Below, one piece after another: positions 15,224-27,719 of a DNA stretch of 64,000 nt. Origin of the DNA: Dehalococcoidia bacterium. GTDB lineage: Bacteria > Chloroflexota > Dehalococcoidia > Lucifugimonadales > UBA2985. How positions within the stretch are numbered: position 1 is the first letter of the stretch; the number at the start of each line of letters is the position of its first letter. The notes under the pieces are model-generated. The model saw only the letters and a list, made by a program, of their open reading frames with translations. It had not been told where the DNA came from and searched no databases. The stretch spans positions 12,901 through 76,900 of the forward strand of contig DAOUJC010000010.1 in the NCBI GenBank assembly GCA_034423135.1, read 5' to 3'. A program made the translations under genes and the position numbers.

Positions 15224-17692
15224 CTACCCCACCACCACGTTCACCAGCCGGCCTGGCACGTACACCACCTGTCGCACCTCCGAGCCCTCCACGTACGGCC
15301 GAACCCGCGTGCTCTCCAGCGCAAGCTGACGCGCCTCCTCTTCCTCAATCGACGCGGGCGCCTGTATGCGGTCGCGGACGCGGCCGTTCACCTGCACCAC
15401 AAGCGTGATCTCCTCGTCGCGGGCCAGCTCCTCGTCCCACGAGGGCAGCAGATGGTTGTGGATGCTGAACGGGCGGCCAGTCCTCTCCCACAGCTCCTCC
15501 GTCACGTGCGGCGCGATGGGCGCCAGCAGCAGCAGCAGCTTCTCCACGGCGTCGCGCCAGCTGCCGGAGTCGATGCCCCCGTCGTCCCAGGCGCGGCTCA
15601 TGTGGTTCGTCATTTCCATCATGGCGGCCAGCGCCGTGTTGAACTTGAATCGCTCCAAGTCGCCAATCACCTTCTTGACCGTCTTGTGGGTGGTGCGTAC
15701 CAGCGTGCGCACCGCCTCCTCGTTCGCGGGCTGCGCGTCGAGCGCCGAAGCGTCCCTCTGCGCGATGTCCCACACGCGGTTGATCCAGCGCGCCATGCCG
15801 TTGATGCCGGAGTCCGACCAGTCGCCGCCCTGGTCCCACGGCCCCAGGAACATCAGGTACGTGCGAACCACGTCCGCGCCCAGCTCCCGCACGTACGGGT
15901 CGGGCGTGATCACGTTGCCGCGCGACTTGCTCATCTTCTGGTGGTCGGCGATGATGATACCCTGGTTGAACAACCTCAGGTAAGGCTCGTCGAAATCCAC
16001 CAGCCCCAGGTCTCGCAGAGCCTTGTTGAAGAACCGGGCGTAGAGCAGGTGCATGACTGCGTGCTCCGCACCCCCTGTGTACTGGTCGACCGGCAGCCAC
16101 TTCCTGACCGCCTCCGGGTCGAAGGGCCCGAGCTCATAGTTTGGGCTGGCGTAGCGCAGGTGATACCACGACGAGTCCACGAACGTGTCCATCGTGTCCG
16201 TCTCGCGTGTGCCGGTCTCATCGCACCCTGGACACGGCGCGGTAAGGAACTTCTCGTGGTACAGCAGCGGCGACTCGCCGGTGGGCCGGAACTGCGCGTC
16301 CTCCGGCAGCAGCACGGGCAGCTCCTCCTCAGGCACCGGCACCACCCCGCAGCCGTCGCAGTAGACCACGGGTATGGGCGTGCCCCAGTATCGCTGCCTA
16401 GAGATGAGCCAGTCTCTCAGCCGGTAGGACACCGTGCGGCCGCCCCAGCCGTTGGCCTCCACGTGGTCGGCGATGCGCTCTTTGCCCACGCTCGCCGGCA
16501 TCCCGTCGAACGGGCCGGAGTTCACCTGCGCGCCGTCCTCCACGTACGCGCTTGATAGCTCGGAGCCGTCCCACTCCGGCGGCGCGATAACCACGCGCAC
16601 CTCAAGGCCGTACTTGCGTGCAAACTCGAAGTCTCGCTCGTCGTGCGCCGGAACGCCCATCACGATGCCCGTGCCGTACGTGAGCAGCACGTAGTCCGCA
16701 ACGAAGATGGGCACGCGATCGCCGTTGAGCCGGTTCACGGCGTAAGCGCCGGTGAACACGCCCGACTTCTCGCGCTCGGTTGACAGTCGCTCCACCTCCG
16801 ACTGCCGCCGAGCCTGCTCCACGTAGGCATCCACCTCGGCGCGGCGGTCGTCGGTGGACAGGCTGGCTACCAGCGGGTGCTCCGGCGCAATGACCACGAA
16901 CGTCACGCCGTAGATGGTATCGATTCGAGTAGTGAACGTGCGAATCTCGGTCTCCTCCAGCCCGTACTCCGAGATGTCGAACGCGATCTCCACGCCCACG
17001 CTGCGCCCGATCCAGTTGGTCTGCATGGTCTTGATGCGCTCCGGCCAATCGACCAAGCCTGAGAAGTCCAGCAGCTCCTCCGCGTACTTGGTGATGCTGA
17101 AGAACCACTGCTCCATGTCGCGGCGGCTGACGGCGGCATCGCACCGCTCGCACTTGCCGTCCACCACCTGCTCGTTGGCCAGCACGGTCTGGCAGGGCGG
17201 GCACCAGTTTGCGGGCGCCTTGGCGCGGTAGGCCAGCCCCGCCTTCAGGAACTGCAGGAATATCCACTGGTTCCACCGGTAGTACTCCGGCAGGGCGCAA
17301 ATGATCTCCCGGTCCCAGTCGTAGATGGTGCCAATCGACCGCAACTGCCGGCGCATGTTCTCGACGTTGTTCATGGTCCAGGTGTGCGGATGAATCCCAT
17401 GCTTGATGGCGGCGTTCTCCGCCGGCAGGCCGAACGAGTCGAAGCCCATGGGGTGTATGACGTTGTAGCCCTGCATCCGGCGGAAACGCGCGTGGGCGTC
17501 GGAGGGCGCCATGGCGTACCAGTGGCCTATGTGGAGGTCACCGGAGGTGTACGGGTACATCGTGAGCTCGTACCACTTGGGGCGTGGATCATCGTCGCGG
17601 ACTGAGTGGAGGCCGTCCTGCTGCCATCGGGCCTGCCACTTGGCGTCCAGCTCTTGAGGATCGTATCGACGCTCTGTCGTGCGCATTGACAT
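15224..17692 (-). CDS. leuS: Leucine--tRNA ligase
   Basis: HIGH (DLHIGH) and KMSKS motifs in a full-length class-I LeuS. Start chosen at MSMRTTE (GGAG 10 nt upstream), because the track start at 17722 lies inside or upstream of the predicted -10. Confidence 0.95.
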   Translation of the reverse strand: MSMRTTERRYDPQELDAKWQARWQQDGLHSVRDDDPRPKWYELTMYPYTSGDLHIGHWYAMAPSDAHARFRRMQGYNVIHPMGFDSFGLPAENAAIKHGIHPHTWTMNNVENMRRQLRSIGTIYDWDREIICALPEYYRWNQWIFLQFLKAGLAYRAKAPANWCPPCQTVLANEQVVDGKCERCDAAVSRRDMEQWFFSITKYAEELLDFSGLVDWPERIKTMQTNWIGRSVGVEIAFDISEYGLEETEIRTFTTRIDTIYGVTFVVIAPEHPLVASLSTDDRRAEVDAYVEQARRQSEVERLSTEREKSGVFTGAYAVNRLNGDRVPIFVADYVLLTYGTGIVMGVPAHDERDFEFARKYGLEVRVVIAPPEWDGSELSSAYVEDGAQVNSGPFDGMPASVGKERIADHVEANGWGGRTVSYRLRDWLISRQRYWGTPIPVVYCDGCGVVPVPEEELPVLLPEDAQFRPTGESPLLYHEKFLTAPCPGCDETGTRETDTMDTFVDSSWYHLRYASPNYELGPFDPEAVRKWLPVDQYTGGAEHAVMHLLYARFFNKALRDLGLVDFDEPYLRLFNQGIIIADHQKMSKSRGNVITPDPYVRELGADVVRTYLMFLGPWDQGGDWSDSGINGMARWINRVWDIAQRDASALDAQPANEEAVRTLVRTTHKTVKKVIGDLERFKFNTALAAMMEMTNHMSRAWDDGGIDSGSWRDAVEKLLLLLAPIAPHVTEELWERTGRPFSIHNHLLPSWDEELARDEEITLVVQVNGRVRDRIQAPASIEEEEARQLALESTRVRPYVEGSEVRQVVYVPGRLVNVVVG

Positions 17693-17720
17693 ATTCGAAA
17701 CTCCGCGGAAAGCTTGGGCC

Positions 17721-17749
17721 ATTATAGAATCTCAACAGGCGCGCCGCAA
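17721..17749 (-). promoter_or_regulatory. Candidate leuS promoter
   Basis: On the minus strand: TTGCGG, 17 nt, TATAAT. Confidence 0.45.
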
Positions 17750-17833
17750 CGAGGATGCGCCCGCGGAGTTGACATCAGGCGTCCAACAGGCGTAGTTTAA
17801 TGGACGCGCACACCACCATTTGGGAGCAACGGC

Positions 17834-18253
17834 ATGGTCTTATTGAAGCGTTTGGCGGCCCTGTATCTCATACTTCTAGGCATTGCTGTCGCCAGCCATT
17901 TCCTTGCGACGCAGCTATACGACCCCACGCTGGAGGGCTCAGCCCTGGACGTCTGGCGAGTGCTGGATCCCCTCATGGTCGTTGGGGTGTTCATCGCTCT
18001 TGTGTGGGCGCTGCTCCGCAAGCTGGAGAACGGAGACGGCACCTACAACCTGGGCGTCAGCCGCGACTACCTGGAGGCCAACTTCGCCTTCTACGTCTCG
18101 GCGGTGCTCCTCCTGCTGCTCATGTGGAACTGGCTGGGCTTCCAGTTTGTGGAGCCGCCGAACGACCTGGGATGGCTGTGGCTCATCCTTGACTCGGTTG
18201 TGCCGCTCCTGCTCATATCCACCGGCATACGCCTCATGCGCAGCGAAGACTAG
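17834..18253 (+). CDS. Hypothetical integral membrane protein (4 predicted TM helices)
   Basis: 139-aa ORF with four hydrophobic segments. No family recognised. Confidence 0.55.
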   Translation: MVLLKRLAALYLILLGIAVASHFLATQLYDPTLEGSALDVWRVLDPLMVVGVFIALVWALLRKLENGDGTYNLGVSRDYLEANFAFYVSAVLLLLLMWNWLGFQFVEPPNDLGWLWLILDSVVPLLLISTGIRLMRSED

Positions 18254-18431
18254 GCGCAGGGCGCCGGCGCCGAGGAGCGCGAGCCCAATCGCCTCAGTGC
18301 TTTGCGGATAACGTCCCCATTGGGCGGTGGTTTCCAGGATTCCGCCACGCGCGCAGGGCCAGGCAACGCAGGCAGGCGCACTCCTTTACAATGGTATTGG
18401 CGAAAAGTACAATTGAACGCAAGGCAAAACA

Positions 18432-18460
18432 TTGACACAAACTTCACAATCACCTATATT
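18432..18460 (+). promoter_or_regulatory. Near-consensus sigma-70-type promoter of glnA
   Basis: TTGACA (18432-18437), 17 nt, TATATT (18455-18460), in an AT-rich patch. Confidence 0.55.
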
Positions 18461-18499
18461 CTTCACTTTGTGATGACCTCTGTAACAAGAAGTGAGCGC

Positions 18500-19837
18500 A
18501 TGACTACTGAGAGGGAAGAGGCTCGGGAGTACGTCCTTGGCATGGTGCGCGAGCACGACGTCAAGTTCATTCGCCTGTGGTTCACGGACATCCTGGGCGC
18601 ACTCAAGGGGTTTGCCATCACAGCCCAGGAGCTGGAGGAGGCGCTGGAGCAGGGCGTCGGCTTCGACGGGTCTTCCATCGAGGGGTTCGCGCGCATAGAC
18701 GAGAGCGACATGGTCGCCATGCCGGACCCAACCACGTTTCGCATACTGCCCTGGCGGCCGCGGCAGAACGCCGTGGCGCGCATGTTCTGCGACATCCTCA
18801 CGCCGCAGTGGCAGCCATTCGAGGGCGACCCGCGCAACGTGCTCAAGCGCACACTGGAGCGCGCAGCCTCCAAAGGCTACACCTACTACGTGGGGCCGGA
18901 GCTTGAGTACTTCTACTTCCGCAACTCCGAGGGCACGGACGTGCTCGACGAGGGCGGCTACTTCGATCAGACGCCACTGGACCTGGCAACCGAGCTGCGC
19001 CGCGAGACGGTGCTGACGCTGGAGGAGATGGGCATCGCCGTGGAGTTCAGCCACCATGAGGCTGCCACCAGCCAGCACGAGATCGACCTGCGCTACTCGG
19101 ACGCACTCACCATGGCCGACAACGTGATGACGCAGCGCCTGGTCATCAAGGAGGTGGCCATGCGCAACGGCCTGTACGCCACCTTCATGCCCAAGCCCAT
19201 CGCCAACGTGAACGGGAGCGGGATGCACGTGCATCAGTCGCTGTTCAAGGGCGCCACCAACGCGTTTTATGACGCCGAAAGCGTCTCCCACCTCTCGCCT
19301 CTTGCCCTATCCTTCGTCGCAGGGCTGATGCACCACGCGCCCGCGATTACGGCCGTGACCAACCAGTGGGTCAACTCCTACAAGAGGCTCATCGTCGGCT
19401 ACGAGGCGCCGGTCTACATCTCGTGGGCCAGCGTGAACCGGTCCGACCTGATCCGCGTGCCCGCCTACAAGGAGGGGCGTGAGGACTCTGTGCGCATCGA
19501 GTATCGAGCGCCTGACCCGGCCTGCAACCCCTACCTTGCCTTTGCGGTCATGCTAGCCGCGGGCCTGGACGGCGCAGAGCGCGGCCTGCCCGTGCCGGAC
19601 CCCGTGCAGGAGAACGTCTTCAACATGACGAACGAGGAGCGCACGCGCAGGGGCATCGAGACCCTGCCGGGCAGCCTCAGAGAGGCAATCCTGCTCACCG
19701 AGAACAGCGACCTGGTGCGCGAGACGCTGGGCGACCACGTCTTCAACAGCTTCATCCAGAACAAGAAGATCGAGTGGAGCCAGTACCAGGCGCAGGTCAC
19801 CAACTACGAGCTGAAGAGATATTTGCCTATCCTTTAG
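18500..19837 (+). CDS. glnA: Glutamine synthetase, type I
   Basis: Typical GSI sequence ([29 protein letters not shown]). About 445 aa from ATG 18500; ATG 18473 is an alternative. The track start at 18302 precedes the promoter. Confidence 0.9.
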   Translation: MTTEREEAREYVLGMVREHDVKFIRLWFTDILGALKGFAITAQELEEALEQGVGFDGSSIEGFARIDESDMVAMPDPTTFRILPWRPRQNAVARMFCDILTPQWQPFEGDPRNVLKRTLERAASKGYTYYVGPELEYFYFRNSEGTDVLDEGGYFDQTPLDLATELRRETVLTLEEMGIAVEFSHHEAATSQHEIDLRYSDALTMADNVMTQRLVIKEVAMRNGLYATFMPKPIANVNGSGMHVHQSLFKGATNAFYDAESVSHLSPLALSFVAGLMHHAPAITAVTNQWVNSYKRLIVGYEAPVYISWASVNRSDLIRVPAYKEGREDSVRIEYRAPDPACNPYLAFAVMLAAGLDGAERGLPVPDPVQENVFNMTNEERTRRGIETLPGSLREAILLTENSDLVRETLGDHVFNSFIQNKKIEWSQYQAQVTNYELKRYLPIL

Positions 19838-19853
19838 GCGAGGAGTTTGCCCC

Positions 19854-22800
19854 TTGCAGACCATGCCCCGATTGCCACAGCATATCCACGGCCTGTATGA
19901 CCCCAGGTTCGAGCGCGACGCCTGCGGCGTCGGCCTCGTGGCCAACATAAGCGGCCACAAGTCCCACGACATCCTGGAGAAGGGACTCGAGATCCTGGTT
20001 AACCTAGCCCATCGCGGGGCATGCGGCTGCGATCCGCTCACCGGCGACGGCGCGGGCATCCTGATCCAGATTCCGCACGACTTCTTCCGCGACAGGTGCG
20101 CGGAACAGGGTATCGAGCTGCCCGAACCGGGTGAGTACGGCGTCGGCATGGTCTTCCTGCCGCCGGACGACGCTCGCCGCAGAGCTAGCGAGCAGATGGT
20201 ACAACAGGCAATCGAGGCGGAAGGCCAGCGCTTCCTGGGCTGGCGAGATGTGCCAGTGGATGGCTCCGCCATCGGCGAGATCGCGCGGGACTCCCAGCCG
20301 CTCATCCGGCAGGTGTTCGTGGGCCGAGGCCTTGGCGTGGCCGATGAGTCGCACTTCGAGCGCAAGCTGTACGTCATCCGCAAGGTGGTCGAGCGAGCTG
20401 TGGAGAGCACGGACGACGAGACGCGCCGCCACTTCTACATCCCCAGCCTCTCCTGCAATAGAATCGTATACAAGGGCCTCCTGATGGGCACCCAACTCAT
20501 GGGCTTCTATCCGGACCTCAGCGACCCGGCAATGTCGAGCGCATTCGCAATGGTACACGCCCGCTTCAGCACCAACACACTTGGCTCGTGGAGGCTGGCA
20601 CACCCCTACCGCCTCATCTGCCACAACGGGGAGATAAACACGCTCCGGGGCAACATCAACTGGATGACCGCCCGTCAATCCATGTTCTCCTCGCCCATGT
20701 TCGGCGACGACATGGAGAAGCTGTTCCCCGTCATCACGCCGGGCGCCAGCGACACCGCCTGTTTCGACAACACGCTAGAGCTTCTGCTGGCCACCGGACG
20801 CTCGCTCCCTCACGCCCTGATGATGATGATCCCGGAGGCAACAGGCGAACGCGTGGACATGCCCCAGGAGAAGCGCGACTTCTACGAGTATCACTCCAGC
20901 CTGATGGAGGCGTGGGACGGCCCGGCGCTCATCGCTGCCACGGACGGCAAGCGCATCGGCATCGTGCTGGACCGCAACGGGCTGAGGCCCTTCCGCTACC
21001 TGGTGACCAAGTCGGACATGCTGGTCATGGCCTCAGAGGTGGGCGTGCTGGACGTGCCTGCCGATGAGGTGCGATTCAAGGACAGGATACGCCCCGGTCG
21101 CATGTTCCTGCTGGACACGGAGGAAGCCCGTATAATCGACGATGAGGAACTAAAGAAGACGCTGTCGCGGCGTCAGCCCTACGACCAGTGGCTCGCCGAG
21201 AACCGCGTTGACATGGCTGAGCTTCCCGAACCGGCTACAGTGCCTGGCTTGAATCAGGACTCGCTCCCCAGCCTGAAGCGCGCCTTCGGCTACACGCTCG
21301 AGGACCTGCAAATGCTGATGGAGCCGATGGCCGTGACCGGCGCCGAGCCTGTTGGCTCGATGGGCAACGACGCGCCTCTCGCGGTACTTTCCGACAGGCC
21401 ACAGATGCTGTTCAACTACTTCAAGCAGCTCTTCGCCCAGGTATCAAATCCGCCGCTGGACGCCATACGGGAGGAGCTGGTGACCTCGCTGGAGGCGTTC
21501 ATCGGCTCCGAGCAGAACCTGTTCGAAGAGACCCCGGAGCACTGCCACCAGCTGAGGCTTAAGGAGCCCATCCTCTCAGTTGCCGAGCTGGAGAAGATAC
21601 GGAACATATCCGCCGGCGGAATCCGCGCGACCACCTGCGCCATGCTCTTCGATACCGGCGAGGGCCCCGGCGCCCTGGAGCGCGCAGTCGAGCGGCTGTG
21701 CCGGGAGGCGACTGAGGCGGTGGAGTCAGGCAACTCCATAATCATACTTTCGGACCGCGGTGTGGACAGCCGCTACGCACCCATCCCCAGCCTGCTGGCA
21801 ACCTCAGCCGTGCACCACCACCTGATTCGCGAGGGCGTCCGCACCAGGGTCGGCCTTGTGGTAGAGTCCGCAGAGCCGCGGGAGGTCATGCACTTCTCGC
21901 TGCTCATCGGCTACGGCGCAGGCGCCGTGTGTCCGTACCTTGGATATGAGCTGCTCCATGAGCTTGCACAGCACGAGGTCTCGCCTCTGACCGTGGACGC
22001 CTACACCGCCGAGAAGAACTTCGTCAAGGCTATCAACAAGGGCGTGCTCAAGGTCATGTCCAAGATGGGCATCTCAACCGTCCAGAGCTACCGCGGCGCC
22101 CAGATCTTCGAGGCCGTCGGGCTGAACCAGGACACTATCGACCGGTACTTCACCTGGACGTCCTCGCGCATAGGCGGCATCGGACTGGACACCATCGAGG
22201 AGGAGACGCGCAGGCGTCACACTTACGGCTACGCCGACGGCAACCTGTCCGGCGAGCTGGAGATCGACCAGGGCGGGGCCTACTACTGGCGCCGTAACGG
22301 CGAGTACCACATGTACAACCCCGAGTCCATCGCCCTTCTGCAGCACTCCACCGGCAGCAACGACTACCCGACCTACAAGCGGTTCGCCACGCTCATCGAC
22401 GAGCGGGAGCGGCAGCTGTCCACCCTGCGCGGCCTGCTGGACTTCAAGATGCTTGACCAGCCCATCCCTATCGATGAGGTGGAGCCGGCGTCCGAGATCG
22501 TCAAGCGGTTTGCCACGGGCGCAATCTCGCTGGGAGCCATCAGCCGCGAGGCCCACGAAACCCTGGCCATAGCCACCAATCGCATCGGCGCGAAGAGCAA
22601 CACGGGCGAGGGCGGCGAGGACTACCGCCGCTTCACGCCGGACGCCAATGGCGACTCCAGGGCCAGCGCCATCAAGCAGGTGGCCTCCGGCCGCTTCGGC
22701 GTGACAACCAATTACTTGGTCAACGCCACCGACCTCCAGATCAAGATGGCGCAGGGCTCGAAGCCCGGCGAGGGCGGACAGCTACCCGGCTACAAGGTCG

Positions 22801-24407
22801 ACGAGTACATCGGCTGGATACGCCACACGACGCCCGGCGTCGAGCTGATCTCGCCACCGCCCCACCACGACATCTACTCGATCGAGGACCTGGCGCAGCT
22901 CATCCACGACCTCAAGAACGTCAACCCGGAGGCCAGAATCCACGTGAAGCTGGTTGCCGAGGTGGGCGTGGGCATCATCGCTGCCGGCGTATCGAAGGGC
23001 CACGGCGACGTGGTGCTCATCAGCGGCGACAGCGGCGGCACCGGCGCTTCGCCGGAGTCGTCCATCAAGCACGCGGGCCTGCCGTGGGAGCTTGGCCTGG
23101 CCGAGACTCACCAGGTCCTGCTGATGAACGACCTCCGCGGGCGGATCATCGTGCAGACGGATGGCCAGCTCAAGACTGGGCGTGACGTGGCCGTCGCATG
23201 CCTGCTGGGCGCGGAGGAGTTCGGCTTTGCCACCGCGCCGCTCATCACGCTGGGCTGCATCATGCTTCGCAAGTGCCACCTGAACACCTGCTCCGTGGGC
23301 GTGGCCACGCAGAACCCGGAGCTTCGCAAGAGGTTCGCCGGACAGCCTGAAGCCGTCATCAACTACTTCTTCTTCGTGGCCGAGCACCTGCGCGAGATCA
23401 TGGCGCAGTTGGGTTTCCGCACCGTCAACGAGATGGTCGGCCGCATGGACAGGCTGGAGCCCGCACGAGCGATCGAGCACTGGAAGGCGCGAGGCCTGGA
23501 CATCGAGCCGATGCTGCAGCTGCCGGACGTGCCGGACAGCGTGGCCACCTATTGCAGCCAACCGCAGGACCACGGCCTGGAGCTTGCGCTCGACCACACG
23601 CTAATCGAGATGTCGAAGCCCGCGCTGGACAACGGCGAGCCGGTGGACATCAAGCTGCCCATCCGCAACTCCAACCGCGTGGTAGCAACCATGCTCAGCG
23701 GCGAAGTCGCCAAGCGCTATGGCGAGGACGGCCTGCCGGACGACACCATTCGCATCAGCTTCAAGGGCTCCGCAGGCCAGAGCTTCGGGGCCTTCCTGGC
23801 CAAGGGCATCTCCCTCACCCTGGAGGGCGACGCCAACGACTACTTCTCCAAGGGAATCTCCGGCGGCCGAGTCGCCGTGTACCCGCCGGAGGCGTCCACC
23901 TTTGTGCCGGAGGAGAACATCATCGTCGGCAACGTGGTGCTCTACGGCGCCACCGGAGGCCGCGTGTTCATTCGCGGCATGGCGGGCGAGCGTTTCGCTG
24001 TGCGAAACAGCGGCGCGCAGGCCGTCGTGGAAGGCGTGGGTGATCACGGCTGTGAGTACATGACCGGCGGCCGCGTCGTGGTGCTCGGGCCGACCGGGCG
24101 AAACTTCGCCGCGGGCATGAGTGGCGGCATCGCCTACGTGCTGGACGAGGACGGAGGCTTCCCGGCGCGCTGCAACCTGGACATGGTGGCGCTGGAGCCG
24201 GTCGTCAGCGACGAGGACCGCGAGCTGCTACGCGGCCTGATCGAAGAGCACCTGGCTCTCACCGGCAGCGCCAACGCTCGCCGCGTGCTGGACGCCTGGG
24301 ACGCGCTGCTGCCCAGGTTCGTCAAGGTCTTCCCCAACGACTACAGGCGGGTGCTGGAGGAGCGCAGGGCGCTTGGCCTGCCCGCCGAAGTGGTGCCCCT
24401 TGGGTAA
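19854..24407 (+). CDS. gltB: Glutamate synthase large subunit
   Basis: 1517 aa with an Ntn amidotransferase N-terminus (ERDACGVG), plus FMN/Fe-S central and GXGXG C-terminal domains. Confidence 0.95.
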   Translation: MQTMPRLPQHIHGLYDPRFERDACGVGLVANISGHKSHDILEKGLEILVNLAHRGACGCDPLTGDGAGILIQIPHDFFRDRCAEQGIELPEPGEYGVGMVFLPPDDARRRASEQMVQQAIEAEGQRFLGWRDVPVDGSAIGEIARDSQPLIRQVFVGRGLGVADESHFERKLYVIRKVVERAVESTDDETRRHFYIPSLSCNRIVYKGLLMGTQLMGFYPDLSDPAMSSAFAMVHARFSTNTLGSWRLAHPYRLICHNGEINTLRGNINWMTARQSMFSSPMFGDDMEKLFPVITPGASDTACFDNTLELLLATGRSLPHALMMMIPEATGERVDMPQEKRDFYEYHSSLMEAWDGPALIAATDGKRIGIVLDRNGLRPFRYLVTKSDMLVMASEVGVLDVPADEVRFKDRIRPGRMFLLDTEEARIIDDEELKKTLSRRQPYDQWLAENRVDMAELPEPATVPGLNQDSLPSLKRAFGYTLEDLQMLMEPMAVTGAEPVGSMGNDAPLAVLSDRPQMLFNYFKQLFAQVSNPPLDAIREELVTSLEAFIGSEQNLFEETPEHCHQLRLKEPILSVAELEKIRNISAGGIRATTCAMLFDTGEGPGALERAVERLCREATEAVESGNSIIILSDRGVDSRYAPIPSLLATSAVHHHLIREGVRTRVGLVVESAEPREVMHFSLLIGYGAGAVCPYLGYELLHELAQHEVSPLTVDAYTAEKNFVKAINKGVLKVMSKMGISTVQSYRGAQIFEAVGLNQDTIDRYFTWTSSRIGGIGLDTIEEETRRRHTYGYADGNLSGELEIDQGGAYYWRRNGEYHMYNPESIALLQHSTGSNDYPTYKRFATLIDERERQLSTLRGLLDFKMLDQPIPIDEVEPASEIVKRFATGAISLGAISREAHETLAIATNRIGAKSNTGEGGEDYRRFTPDANGDSRASAIKQVASGRFGVTTNYLVNATDLQIKMAQGSKPGEGGQLPGYKVDEYIGWIRHTTPGVELISPPPHHDIYSIEDLAQLIHDLKNVNPEARIHVKLVAEVGVGIIAAGVSKGHGDVVLISGDSGGTGASPESSIKHAGLPWELGLAETHQVLLMNDLRGRIIVQTDGQLKTGRDVAVACLLGAEEFGFATAPLITLGCIMLRKCHLNTCSVGVATQNPELRKRFAGQPEAVINYFFFVAEHLREIMAQLGFRTVNEMVGRMDRLEPARAIEHWKARGLDIEPMLQLPDVPDSVATYCSQPQDHGLELALDHTLIEMSKPALDNGEPVDIKLPIRNSNRVVATMLSGEVAKRYGEDGLPDDTIRISFKGSAGQSFGAFLAKGISLTLEGDANDYFSKGISGGRVAVYPPEASTFVPEENIIVGNVVLYGATGGRVFIRGMAGERFAVRNSGAQAVVEGVGDHGCEYMTGGRVVVLGPTGRNFAAGMSGGIAYVLDEDGGFPARCNLDMVALEPVVSDEDRELLRGLIEEHLALTGSANARRVLDAWDALLPRFVKVFPNDYRRVLEERRALGLPAEVVPLG

Positions 24408-25851
24408 GCCCACCGGTTTTCTCGAGTTTGCCAGAAAGCCGCCCCCTCGCCGAGACGTGCGGGAGCGGTTGAAGGACTCCCGCGAGTTCTACCTGGACTG
24501 GTCGGAGCCGGACGCCAGGGAACAGGGAGCGCGCTGCATGAACTGCGCCGTCCCCTTCTGCCACACGGGCTGCCCGCTGGGCAACCTCATCCCGGAGTGG
24601 AACGACCTGGTCTATCGCGGCGACTGGCACGGCGCGCTGGATAGGCTGCACGCCACCAACAACTTCCCTGAGTTCACAGGGCGAATCTGCCCGGCTCCCT
24701 GCGAGCCCGCGTGCGTCCTCTCCATCAACGAGCACCCCGTCACTATCGAATACATCGAGAAGGCGATTGCCGACCGCGGCTTCCGCGAGGGCTGGATCGC
24801 GCCTCAGCCGCCTGCGCACCGCACCGGCAAGCGCGTCGCGGTGGTTGGCTCAGGGCCGGCCGGCATGGCCGCAGCCCAGCAGCTCAACCGCGCCGGACAC
24901 CTCGTGACGCTCTTCGAGCGCGACGAGACCATCGGCGGCCTCCTGCGCCTCGGCATCCCGGACTTCAAGCTGGAGAAGCAGGTGGTGCAGCGCCGGGTCG
25001 ACATCATGGCCGCGGAGGGCGTCCGCTTCGAGACCGGCGTCAACGTCGGCTACGACCTGACGGCTGATGACCTCCACCGCGACTTCGACGCTGTGTGCCT
25101 CTCCATCGGCGCATGCGCTGCCCGCGAGCTGCCCGTCCCGGGCCGCGAGCTCGATGGCGTTCACCTTGCGATGGAGTACCTGACGCAGCAGAACAGGCGC
25201 ATTGCCGGCCGCAGCTACAGCGAGGCTGAGACCATCACGGCGGAGGGCAAGCGCGTGATCATCCTCGGCGGCGGCGATACGGGCGCCGACTGCCTGGGCA
25301 CCGCGCATCGCCAGGGCGCGGAGGTGGTCTACCAGCTTGAGCTTCTGCCGCAGCCGCCTGAGCATCGCCGCTCCAGCAACCCGTGGCCGCAGTGGCCGCT
25401 CATACTCCGCACCTCGGCCGCCCACGAGGAGGGCGGCATACGAGACTACAACGTCATGACCAAGAGCCTCTCCGGTCGCAACGGCCGCGTGGAGAACCTC
25501 AACGCCGTGCGCGTGGAGTGGGGCGCTCCGGACGAGACGGGCCGGCCCGCGATGCACGAGGTCGAGGGCAGCGAGTTCTCGATCGGCGTGGACCTGGTGC
25601 TGCTGGCGATGGGATTCGTGCACCCGGAGCACCCGGGCATCGTGACCGACCTTGGCCTGGATCTCGACGGCCGGGGCAACATCGCGACGAATGAGGACCG
25701 CATGTCGAGCGTGCCGGGCGTGTTCGCCGCGGGCGACAGTGTGCGAGGCGCGTCGCTGGTGGTGTGGGCCATCGCGGAGGGCCGCCAGGCGGCGCACGGC
25801 ATCGACAAGTTCCTCATGGGCCAGAGCAGCCTGCCCTCCGTGCAGGTGTAG
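24400..25851 (+). CDS. gltD: Glutamate synthase small subunit (NADPH)
   Basis: A TTG start gives the canonical N-terminus (M)GKPTGFLEF and overlaps the gltB stop. Fe-S Cys motifs and [10 protein letters not shown] are present. Confidence 0.9.
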   Translation: MGKPTGFLEFARKPPPRRDVRERLKDSREFYLDWSEPDAREQGARCMNCAVPFCHTGCPLGNLIPEWNDLVYRGDWHGALDRLHATNNFPEFTGRICPAPCEPACVLSINEHPVTIEYIEKAIADRGFREGWIAPQPPAHRTGKRVAVVGSGPAGMAAAQQLNRAGHLVTLFERDETIGGLLRLGIPDFKLEKQVVQRRVDIMAAEGVRFETGVNVGYDLTADDLHRDFDAVCLSIGACAARELPVPGRELDGVHLAMEYLTQQNRRIAGRSYSEAETITAEGKRVIILGGGDTGADCLGTAHRQGAEVVYQLELLPQPPEHRRSSNPWPQWPLILRTSAAHEEGGIRDYNVMTKSLSGRNGRVENLNAVRVEWGAPDETGRPAMHEVEGSEFSIGVDLVLLAMGFVHPEHPGIVTDLGLDLDGRGNIATNEDRMSSVPGVFAAGDSVRGASLVVWAIAEGRQAAHGIDKFLMGQSSLPSVQV

Positions 25852-25872
25852 GGATTGCTTGCAGCTAGGCTG

Positions 25873-27663
25873 CTAGTCCCACTTTGGGGAGTTTGGCCCC
25901 GGCCAGTGCTCTGCGACCAGCTTGGCTATCTCGCCGCTGCGCTCCCGAATTGAATCCTCATCCCAATCGGACTTGCTTGCGAGGTCGCGGTTCATATTCA
26001 TTACGCTGTGGGCAATTAGCGCGTCTCTCTTGACATCCCAAGCGGAGTTCGACAAGTGTGAGTTGAGCTTCTGGTTTACCAGGGTGAGATTGCCAATGGA
26101 ATGAATGATCTCATTCCGCTTTCGACTGGCCAACTCCTCATCGAATTCAAGAATGAGAGGCCAGTTCTCGCCCCAGCTAACCGGCATGAGGTGCTCAATC
26201 GTGAGGTTTCTTGGCACGTCCGCCTGCTCAGACTTATCCGATCGCCGCTGACGCTCTATGCCTTCAAGGACTATCCGTAGCCTGCCCCTCGTAAGCAGAC
26301 GGTACAGGGGCGAGGTACCTAACGCCTCAGATAGCACCTCGTCGGTGGGCCACTCTCTAGAGTAAGCTGTCTGTTCCTGAAAGAAGCGCCTTACAACCTT
26401 GTCAGCTTCACCGAGTCCACTCTCCAGCAATCGCGAGGCGAGTTCAACGGTTAGCCGGTTGTAGTCCTTCCCGGTCTGGCGGCAGATCATACGACGCACC
26501 AAGAAGCTCTCCAAGACTCGGAAGGCTCCGATCCTGGATTTGTGTTCTGCGGACAGCAACAGCAGCAGGACCGGAGTGAAGACGCCAACTTGCATTACGC
26601 CCATTCTGTAGTAGAACTGCTCCTCTTCTGGAGAACGAGGTCCAGTCTCGAAACGTCGATAGTTGGACAAGTGCGTCCGCGCGTCTGACATCAGGACATC
26701 TATCTGCTCTGCATCGGCACATCTGCGAAACACGTCGAACACTCTAGACGGCGAGATTTCAGGGGGAGGGGTCTCCAAACTTGTGCGCATGACAAGCCAG
26801 TAATTGAATAGCATGTCCAATCTGGGCCTTCGGAGCCGTCCTTGACTAACTTCTTGTCTCCACCACCAATCGTCGAGACTCTCCCATACATCAAGCCCCG
26901 CTGGAGACCGCGCCAGAGCGAAGTTCTTGATGAGGTCAGATTGCTCCAGTGGCGTACCGCGAGCGTTCAACGTCTCGAAGATCACATTTGGGTCATCGCG
27001 AGCATCAAGATCAATAACGACCATTTGAAGTAGCGCAGTCACTGTTGTCTCGAGAGCGTCAACTCTGTCCGATACCGAACCCGGCGGGGTATCGTCGAGC
27101 CACTTACTCACCTGCTGTTGAAAGAACTCATGCGCTTGCACAATCAGCGATTCTTCGAACTCATCGGCTGCAAGACCATTGTCCATGGCATGCCTGAACG
27201 CATCTCTGTCGGCGCGGGTCGGCCATAGCTTGAAGACGTGGTGACTCCCTTCATCCACCAGGTCCTCGTCGTTGAGGACGAGCTTCGACAGTCGAGTTGC
27301 AGGTTGCTTATGGTTTCTATTCTCGCAAATCACCTGAATGGCATCCAGCAAGAGCTGGAGGGTTGTAACTCTTTGTTGTCCATCTATCACTTCCCTTTGC
27401 TCAATGTACTTGGCTGCGGTGGGGACCTGCTGTAAGACAACCGCTCCTAGGAAGTGAGGTTTTGTTTGTTGCTGCGCCTTTACGCCGTCGTTCTCAAATT
27501 GCTCCAGTTGTTCCAAGTAGTCTTCGGCCCGATTTCGCACATCTTCCCAAAGTGGCTCCCATTGACCCTCTTGAGTCCACACATAAGGACGCTGAAACTC
27601 AGGGATGGTGTACCTTACGTCCTTAAGGAAAAGGGCTTTGGGGTTCAGAATGTTGGTGTCCAT
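25873..27663 (-). CDS. DUF262-DUF1524 protein (GmrSD-like type IV restriction family)
   Basis: The N-terminus has IPEFQRPYVW and VIDGQQRVTTL (DUF262/ParB-like). The C-terminus has LTIEHLMP...IGNLTLVNQKLN (DUF1524 His-Me finger). AT-richer than flanks. Confidence 0.8.
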   Translation of the reverse strand: MDTNILNPKALFLKDVRYTIPEFQRPYVWTQEGQWEPLWEDVRNRAEDYLEQLEQFENDGVKAQQQTKPHFLGAVVLQQVPTAAKYIEQREVIDGQQRVTTLQLLLDAIQVICENRNHKQPATRLSKLVLNDEDLVDEGSHHVFKLWPTRADRDAFRHAMDNGLAADEFEESLIVQAHEFFQQQVSKWLDDTPPGSVSDRVDALETTVTALLQMVVIDLDARDDPNVIFETLNARGTPLEQSDLIKNFALARSPAGLDVWESLDDWWWRQEVSQGRLRRPRLDMLFNYWLVMRTSLETPPPEISPSRVFDVFRRCADAEQIDVLMSDARTHLSNYRRFETGPRSPEEEQFYYRMGVMQVGVFTPVLLLLLSAEHKSRIGAFRVLESFLVRRMICRQTGKDYNRLTVELASRLLESGLGEADKVVRRFFQEQTAYSREWPTDEVLSEALGTSPLYRLLTRGRLRIVLEGIERQRRSDKSEQADVPRNLTIEHLMPVSWGENWPLILEFDEELASRKRNEIIHSIGNLTLVNQKLNSHLSNSAWDVKRDALIAHSVMNMNRDLASKSDWDEDSIRERSGEIAKLVAEHWPGPNSPKWD

Positions 27664-27719
27664 TGCGTTTCTTCCGCCACCGAATGACTCCCCTTACGGG
27701 ATAATTTTGCCATCGCCCC

